This document shows positions 58,756-64,000 of a DNA stretch of 64,000 nucleotides, piece by piece. The position numbers and the translations under genes are program-made. Numbering within the stretch: position 1 is the stretch's first letter; every line of letters starts with the position of its first letter. A model generated the notes under the pieces. It was given only the letters and a program-made list of their open reading frames with translations, ran no database searches and was not told where the DNA came from. Source of the stretch: Candidatus Woesebacteria bacterium (GTDB taxonomy: Bacteria; Patescibacteriota; Microgenomatia; UBA8517); contig CP066686.1 in assembly GCA_016432365.1 (NCBI GenBank), positions 938,918 through 1,002,917 on the forward strand. The letters run 5' to 3'.

Positions 58756-61364
58756 ATTACAAAATTAATTACCTTACCGGATATAAAAATTGTCTTTTTA
58801 ATAGTTTGCCCTTCCAACCACTTTGTCACATTGGGGTCAGATTTGGCCAATTTGGTTACCTCAGATTCTTGCTTCGAGATTTCAGATTCCAGCTTCATTG
58901 ATGCGCGAACTTTTCCGTTGATTTGGACTACCACCGTAACCTCATTCTGTACAATAAGCTTGGGGTCGTAGGATGGCCAAGGAGACGCATGAATACTAAA
59001 AGGCATACCTAATACCTCTACCCATATTTCTTCCATCATGTGTGGCGCAAAAGGGGCCATGAGGCGTGCCAAAGCACTTAAGACCTCAGAAGTCTGATGA
59101 CTGATATTTGGTGTCTGAATCGAAGTTTGATTTTCGATCTTCGTTTTTCCGACTTCGTTTCTGATTTCAGACTTCTGACTTCCGGCTTCTGTTAGTGTAT
59201 TCACCAGTTCCATGAGAGATGAAATTGCCGTATTAAATTTATAATTTTCTACGTCCTCCCCCACTTTTTTGATGGTTTGATGAAGCTTTGATAAAACTTC
59301 TGTGTTTTCCTCTGTACTATGTACTTTGTACTCTGTACTAAAGAGTCTCCAAACCCTGCCTAAAAACCTGGCTATTCCTTCGACTCCGGTTATACTCCAC
59401 GGTTTCATTACGTCAAACGGTCCCATAAACATTTCATAAACACGAAGCGTGTCGGCTCCGAACTTTGGAATAATATCGTCAGGCGTGATTACATTCCCCC
59501 ATCTTTTGCTCATCTTGCGGGAATCGGGTCCAAGTATCCACCCCGGGGCACGGAGCTTTAAAAATGGTTCGTCTCCTACAGATTTATCGATTAGACCTTG
59601 GTCAAATAAGAACTTCCAAAAAAATCTGGCAAAGAGCAAATGCTGAACAACATGTCCACCCCCCACATAATCATCAACCGGAATAATATTTTCTTTTGAA
59701 GCAAATTCGTTTTTATTCTTTGGGTCGCAGAACCTCATAAAATACCAAGAGGAATCAACGTAGGTATCCATTGTGTCAACTTCGCGCTTTACCTGCTTTC
59801 CACAAATAGGACAAACTACATCTTTCTGAAAAGTTTCGGATCTGGCAATGGGACTTTCACCGTGAGGTAAAAAATCTACATCAGAAGGTAACTTAACAGG
59901 TAAATCTGTGTCGGGAACCGGTTGCCAACCATCGTCTTCGCAATAAACCATGGGGATCGGACAACCCCAATAGCGCTGACGGGAAATTAACCAGTCACGG
60001 ATGTGATATGTAACGGTTCGCTTCCCCAAGCCCTTGTCCTCAAACCAATCCATTGTCTTTTGCAATCCTTCTTCAAAATCTAAACCGTTCAAAAAGTCGG
60101 AATTAATAAACCGACCCTCCATTCCGTGCTCGATAACCTGATCCTTCTTTGTAATTTCGGAGGCGTCGCCGTCTTTACCTACAATGACACGCACAATCGG
60201 AAGCTTATATTCCTGAGCAAATTCAAAATCGTTTAAATCATGTCCCGGACAACCTTGCACCGCCCCAGTACCCACACCAGCAACCACAAAATCAGAAACC
60301 CAAACAGGAACTTCTTTATTGTTTATGGGGTTGGCTACATATAATCCTGTAAACACACCGGTTTTTGTCTTATTGGACTTATTAGCCACATTTGTCGAAT
60401 TAGATGAACTAGAAAGATGCTCTTTTATATATTTTGCAACACTTTCCTGATAGGCTTTTGGCAACTTAAGTTCCTTAAGTAGCTTATGCTCCGGAGACAG
60501 AACCAAAAATGTCATGCCAAAATTTACAGGAGCTGTTGTGAAAACTTCTATTTCTTTATCCGAGCCAACAACTTTATAACGAATATTTATCCCCTCTTTT
60601 CTCCCAATCCAATTAATTTGTTGTCTTTTAACTTCATCTTCCCAATCAATTTTTTCTAATCCCGATATTAAACGGTCGGCGTAGGCAGTGATTTTAAAGA
60701 ACCACTGATCCATATCTTTCTGTATTACTTCTGTATCACACCGCTCACATTTACCCTCAACAACCTGCTCGTTAGCTAAGACTGTTTCATCTTTAGGGCA
60801 CCAGTTTACGGGAGATTTCTTTTTGTAGGCCAAACCTGCTTTAAATAACTGAATAAATATCCACTGTGTCCATTTATAAAATTCCGGCGAGCTTGTGTCG
60901 ATTTCCTTATCCCAATCATAAGACATGCCACTTATTTCCAGCTGACGCCTAAATGTTTTTATATTCTCGTGAGTGGATTTATCAGGGTGGATTCCGGTTT
61001 TGATTGCATAATTTTCCGCCGGAAGCCCAAACGCATCCCAACCCATTGGATGCAAAACTGAATGCCCCTTCATCCTAAAATATCGGGAGAGGATATCTGT
61101 ACCGACATAACCCTCCAGATGTCCTACGTGCATCGAGGCACCTGATGGGTATGGAAACATATCAAGAACATATCTCTTTTTCTCCCCTGTTCCGGGAGTC
61201 TTGTAAATTTGTTCCTTAGCCCACTTAGCCTGCCATTTAGCCTCTACAACCGAATGGTCATATTCTTTTTGCTTGCCCGTCGAAGCCTTGGCGGAGTCGG
61301 GCCACTTGGCTTCTGTTTTTTTATGGTTGTACTTATCCATTTTGCAAATTATATATCTTGTCAT
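58752..61364 (-). CDS. leuS: leucyl-tRNA synthetase (with in-frame low-complexity insert)
   Basis: HMGH (HVGHLEGY) and KMSKR (KMSKRWGN) class I motifs, LeuRS editing and anticodon domains; insert EIRNEVGKTKIENQTSIQTPNISHQTSE encoded by repeat-like DNA at ~59100-59200. Start likely at 61340. Confidence 0.9.
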   Translation of the reverse strand: MTRYIICKMDKYNHKKTEAKWPDSAKASTGKQKEYDHSVVEAKWQAKWAKEQIYKTPGTGEKKRYVLDMFPYPSGASMHVGHLEGYVGTDILSRYFRMKGHSVLHPMGWDAFGLPAENYAIKTGIHPDKSTHENIKTFRRQLEISGMSYDWDKEIDTSSPEFYKWTQWIFIQLFKAGLAYKKKSPVNWCPKDETVLANEQVVEGKCERCDTEVIQKDMDQWFFKITAYADRLISGLEKIDWEDEVKRQQINWIGRKEGINIRYKVVGSDKEIEVFTTAPVNFGMTFLVLSPEHKLLKELKLPKAYQESVAKYIKEHLSSSSNSTNVANKSNKTKTGVFTGLYVANPINNKEVPVWVSDFVVAGVGTGAVQGCPGHDLNDFEFAQEYKLPIVRVIVGKDGDASEITKKDQVIEHGMEGRFINSDFLNGLDFEEGLQKTMDWFEDKGLGKRTVTYHIRDWLISRQRYWGCPIPMVYCEDDGWQPVPDTDLPVKLPSDVDFLPHGESPIARSETFQKDVVCPICGKQVKREVDTMDTYVDSSWYFMRFCDPKNKNEFASKENIIPVDDYVGGGHVVQHLLFARFFWKFLFDQGLIDKSVGDEPFLKLRAPGWILGPDSRKMSKRWGNVITPDDIIPKFGADTLRVYEMFMGPFDVMKPWSITGVEGIARFLGRVWRLFSTEYKVHSTEENTEVLSKLHQTIKKVGEDVENYKFNTAISSLMELVNTLTEAGSQKSEIRNEVGKTKIENQTSIQTPNISHQTSEVLSALARLMAPFAPHMMEEIWVEVLGMPFSIHASPWPSYDPKLIVQNEVTVVVQINGKVRASMKLESEISKQESEVTKLAKSDPNVTKWLEGQTIKKTIFISGKVINFVI

Positions 61365-61379
61365 ATACTTTTAGAAGAC

Positions 61380-62060
61380 ATGCAATTCGTCTCACCCATT
61401 TTGGCCGTCATCACAGTTGTTCTTGCCTTTGTAATCTCCGTAAGCCCGCTTTCGGGTTGGGGTCTACAGATTACTGCGCTTATGGTCATCATTTATGTCG
61501 GAACTTCTTTCCTGATTAGAAAAGGTATGCTTTCAAGTAGCATCAAGGTTACCTTGGATGTTATTATCTTCTCCCTTTCTGTCTCGCTTTTACTTTTTAC
61601 AACAGGAGGGTTTAATTCACCTGTTTTCTTTTTAAGTTATTTTTTACTTTTTGGGGTTTCTTTATTCTCCTCCCCAATTACCGCAACAGCAATTACGGTT
61701 ACCTTTGCCCTGCTTTTTGTTGTCTCACCAAAACAGGACTTCTGGATCGATCTACTTCAAATCGGATCATTGCTGGCTATTGCCCCCCTATCCGTCCTTT
61801 TTGGAAAACAATATTTAAAGGTACTGGAAGATAAAAAGATGATTACGGGCTTGTCCCAAAAGATTCAGAAAAATAAAGTCGACGTGACCACCTGGACCGA
61901 AGGGGATTTTAGAAGGCGCGTACTAAGAATTCAGGAGTATCTGCAAAAACTTCTTGATGACCCGAAGGTAGAAACAGATAAAAAAGAAAGAATCAAATCT
62001 TTGTACAGGCAGATTTATGACTTATTTTTAAGCGGAACAATCATGGAGAAAAAAATTTAG
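61380..62060 (+). CDS. polytopic membrane protein with C-terminal cytoplasmic helix
   Basis: ~6 hydrophobic helices; start chosen at Met 61380 to avoid overlap with leuS. Confidence 0.45.
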   Translation: MQFVSPILAVITVVLAFVISVSPLSGWGLQITALMVIIYVGTSFLIRKGMLSSSIKVTLDVIIFSLSVSLLLFTTGGFNSPVFFLSYFLLFGVSLFSSPITATAITVTFALLFVVSPKQDFWIDLLQIGSLLAIAPLSVLFGKQYLKVLEDKKMITGLSQKIQKNKVDVTTWTEGDFRRRVLRIQEYLQKLLDDPKVETDKKERIKSLYRQIYDLFLSGTIMEKKI

Positions 62061-62063
62061 TAT

Positions 62064-62798
62064 ATGGCAAAGTTCATCCCCGCGTTTTTCGTTTTATCGC
62101 TATTCGCTCTTCGTTCTTCGCTCTTCGTTGCCCCCGTGCTCGCCCAAGCCGAAATCAATTCTCCAAATTATATTATTCAGATGCCAAATTTAAATTCCGG
62201 CGCAGGGCTTCCCACCTCGAGTAACTATAAAGTGAGTTCGACCATAGGCCAGAACGCTGCTGGTCTGTTTTCGTCCGCAGGATTTCGCGTTAAATCCGGA
62301 TTCCAATACATTTACTCAATCATTCCTTTCTCTTTTACTGTTTCATCTACTTCCATCAATTTTGGACACCTTGTGGCGTTAACACCGTCAACTGCCACCA
62401 ACACCCTGACTGTAAGTAGCGGAGGCGCGGGAGGATACCAGGTTAAGGCCTCGGAAAACAATCCTTTAAAGATTGGTAGCACAGGAACCACAATCGCCGA
62501 CACAAGTTGTGATAGCACCTGCAGCGAAACCACGGCCGGAGTTTGGACGTCATCTTCCCGATACGGTTTTGGATTTAACATGTCCGGGGATGATATCCCG
62601 GCCGACTTTACCAACTCAACCTATTACCGCCAATTTGCAGACCGAGCAAGCGCCGAAAGCCCTCAAGTTGTAATGTCATCTATTTACGTGGGAACAAACA
62701 GGCAATCAACGGTTACATACAAGGTAAACATTTCCGGCGTCCAACAATCGGGAATTTACAATAATATAATTACATATACAGCAATTCCGAGTTATTAA
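62064..62798 (+). CDS. secreted hypothetical protein (signal peptide)
   Basis: MAKFIPAFFVLSLFALRSSLFVAPVLAQA signal peptide; S/T/G-rich. Confidence 0.5.
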   Translation: MAKFIPAFFVLSLFALRSSLFVAPVLAQAEINSPNYIIQMPNLNSGAGLPTSSNYKVSSTIGQNAAGLFSSAGFRVKSGFQYIYSIIPFSFTVSSTSINFGHLVALTPSTATNTLTVSSGGAGGYQVKASENNPLKIGSTGTTIADTSCDSTCSETTAGVWTSSSRYGFGFNMSGDDIPADFTNSTYYRQFADRASAESPQVVMSSIYVGTNRQSTVTYKVNISGVQQSGIYNNIITYTAIPSY

Positions 62799-62915
62799 AG
62801 TCAAAAATCAAAAATAAAAATGCAAAAATTCAAATCAAAAATCAAAAGTTCTTTTAATTTTTTTAACTTTTTAATTGTATTTTTTACTTTTTACTTTTTA
62901 CTTTTTACTTTTAGC
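62790..62915. repeat. dispersed repeat block running into the start of ORF 62820 (encodes its signal peptide)
   Basis: agtcaaaaatcaaaaataaaaatgcaaaaattcaaatcaaaaatcaaaag ... ttttttactttttactttttactttttacttttagc. Confidence 0.55.
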
Positions 62916-63767
62916 GACAAAGTCGCCGCCCAGGAGGTTTCCCTTTCCATTTCTCCTCCACTCACCGAAATCGTTATACAGCCCGGTAAAAGTCTCAATC
63001 AAACAATAACCGTCAGAAATGATGGTGTTCCTGTAACTGTTGTTGCCAAAATAGTTCCGTTTGTGCCGCTTGATACAAACGGACATGTAGAATTAATCGA
63101 AGATCAAAATTCCATTGATGCTTTCTCTTCCTGGTTTTATTTCGACCAGCGCCCAACCTCGCTTGGAGTTAATGAACGCCATGACTTTATAATTAAGATT
63201 ACGCCTCCCGATTCCACTGAACAAAGAGACTACTATTTTACTTTCCTCGTAGAAGTACAAGCTAATAACAACATCGGAGTAAATAATTCTGAGTCCCAAG
63301 CCAGAATCGGAGCAAATATATTATTAACCGCAACTAAAGACGGTAACCCGCAAAAGAACGTATCAATCGTTAAATTCTCCGCACCAAAGCTTGTCGATTC
63401 CTTTACCGGTTTCTCCTATCAGGTTATTCTCGGCAATTCCGGATCAGGTTTTTTTAAACCCGTCGGTAAAATTACGGTCGATCAGATTTTTGGCACAACC
63501 ACAACACTCAATCTGGCACCCCTTAATGTACTTGTGGGAGGTGAACGGGAAATTACCTGTCTTGAGGGGCAAGAAATAATCTCTTGCGCTCTCCCCGGAA
63601 AATTTTTAATCGGAATTTATCGAGCTAATTTAAGTTTTACCGTTGACGGAGTGGGAGAAAGTTACGAAAAACAAATTTATACAATTGCATTTCCGTTTAC
63701 TGTTCTTTTGGGACTCATTACTATAACTATAACTTACAGTATAATCAGGAGGCTAAATGCCAATTAA
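62820..63767 (+). CDS. cell-surface protein, signal peptide + C-terminal TM anchor (DUF916-like)
   Basis: Signal peptide partly encoded by TTTTTACTTTTTAC repeat; LSISPPLTEIVIQPGKSLNQTITVRNDG resembles DUF916; C-terminal hydrophobic anchor + RRL. Confidence 0.45.
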   Translation: MQKFKSKIKSSFNFFNFLIVFFTFYFLLFTFSDKVAAQEVSLSISPPLTEIVIQPGKSLNQTITVRNDGVPVTVVAKIVPFVPLDTNGHVELIEDQNSIDAFSSWFYFDQRPTSLGVNERHDFIIKITPPDSTEQRDYYFTFLVEVQANNNIGVNNSESQARIGANILLTATKDGNPQKNVSIVKFSAPKLVDSFTGFSYQVILGNSGSGFFKPVGKITVDQIFGTTTTLNLAPLNVLVGGEREITCLEGQEIISCALPGKFLIGIYRANLSFTVDGVGESYEKQIYTIAFPFTVLLGLITITITYSIIRRLNAN

Positions 63768-63827
63768 TTTCCATTTTTGGAAATTAAGCCATTGACATAT
63801 TGTAAATACCCGTATAAAAATAAAATA

Positions 63828-64000
63828 TATGACTTTTAACAAAATGGTTTTCCGATTGGTACCTTTTATCTTCGTTGCAACTTTTTTTGCTTTATCAGCC
63901 CTGTCGATTAACAACGTATATGCCTCAACAATGACTTCCGCTTCTGTCACGATGGGTAATTCCAGAATGTCTTTTAAAGCGCCTATTAGTTCGGGTTCGG
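63828..64000 (+). CDS. secreted protein, 5' partial (continues beyond window)
   Basis: MTFNKMVFRLVPFIFVATFFALSALSINNVYA signal peptide; ORF open to window end. Confidence 0.35.

Overview
The window is a gene-dense bacterial chromosomal segment with AT-rich intergenic regions. Its gene content (giant surface-fibre protein, ComEA/ComEC, isopentenyl-phosphate kinase, many small membrane ORFs) suggests a reduced-genome bacterium, perhaps Patescibacteria/CPR-like. That placement is an inference, not a demonstrated fact.

Recognisable content:
- the ribosomal-protein cluster rplK-rplA-[~2 kb ORFan insertion]-rplJ-rplL with promoter and terminator
- an F1-type ATP synthase alpha-gamma-beta-epsilon block with no adjacent F0/delta/b genes
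- an ABC exporter
- M32, M16 and M20 peptidases
- ArgRS and LeuRS
- MreB, UppS (with a C-terminal extension), isopentenyl phosphate kinase, and a HAD phosphatase
- an ECF sigma factor and an RpoD-like sigma factor
- a RelA/SpoT-domain small-alarmone-synthetase-like protein
- tRNA-Arg(CCT) and tRNA-Pro(CGG), plus a 22-nt duplicated 5' fragment of tRNA-Arg
- comEA and a split comEC
- a 1434-aa surface-fibre protein with an N-terminal HTH, internal repeats and a C-terminal S74-type intramolecular-chaperone domain

The most striking locus is a translationally coupled minus-strand operon at 4435-9461. It carries a 7TM membrane protein, followed by four consecutive ATP-grasp amidoligases. The first ligase is fused to a DTGA retropepsin-like protease. 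This matches, and expands, the uncharacterised 'RimK-related ligase / clan-AA protease / 7TM' peptide-modification triad. It sits immediately convergent to the rplL terminator.

Three further loci stand out:
- a dispersed AT-rich TTTTGA(C)TTTT-type microsatellite that occupies many intergenic regions and is also inserted in-frame in conserved enzymes
- a GC-richer island of membrane-protein genes bracketed by two DUF1003 paralogues
- an ORFan cassette inserted between rplA and rplJ

No CRISPR array, transposase or integrase was recognised.
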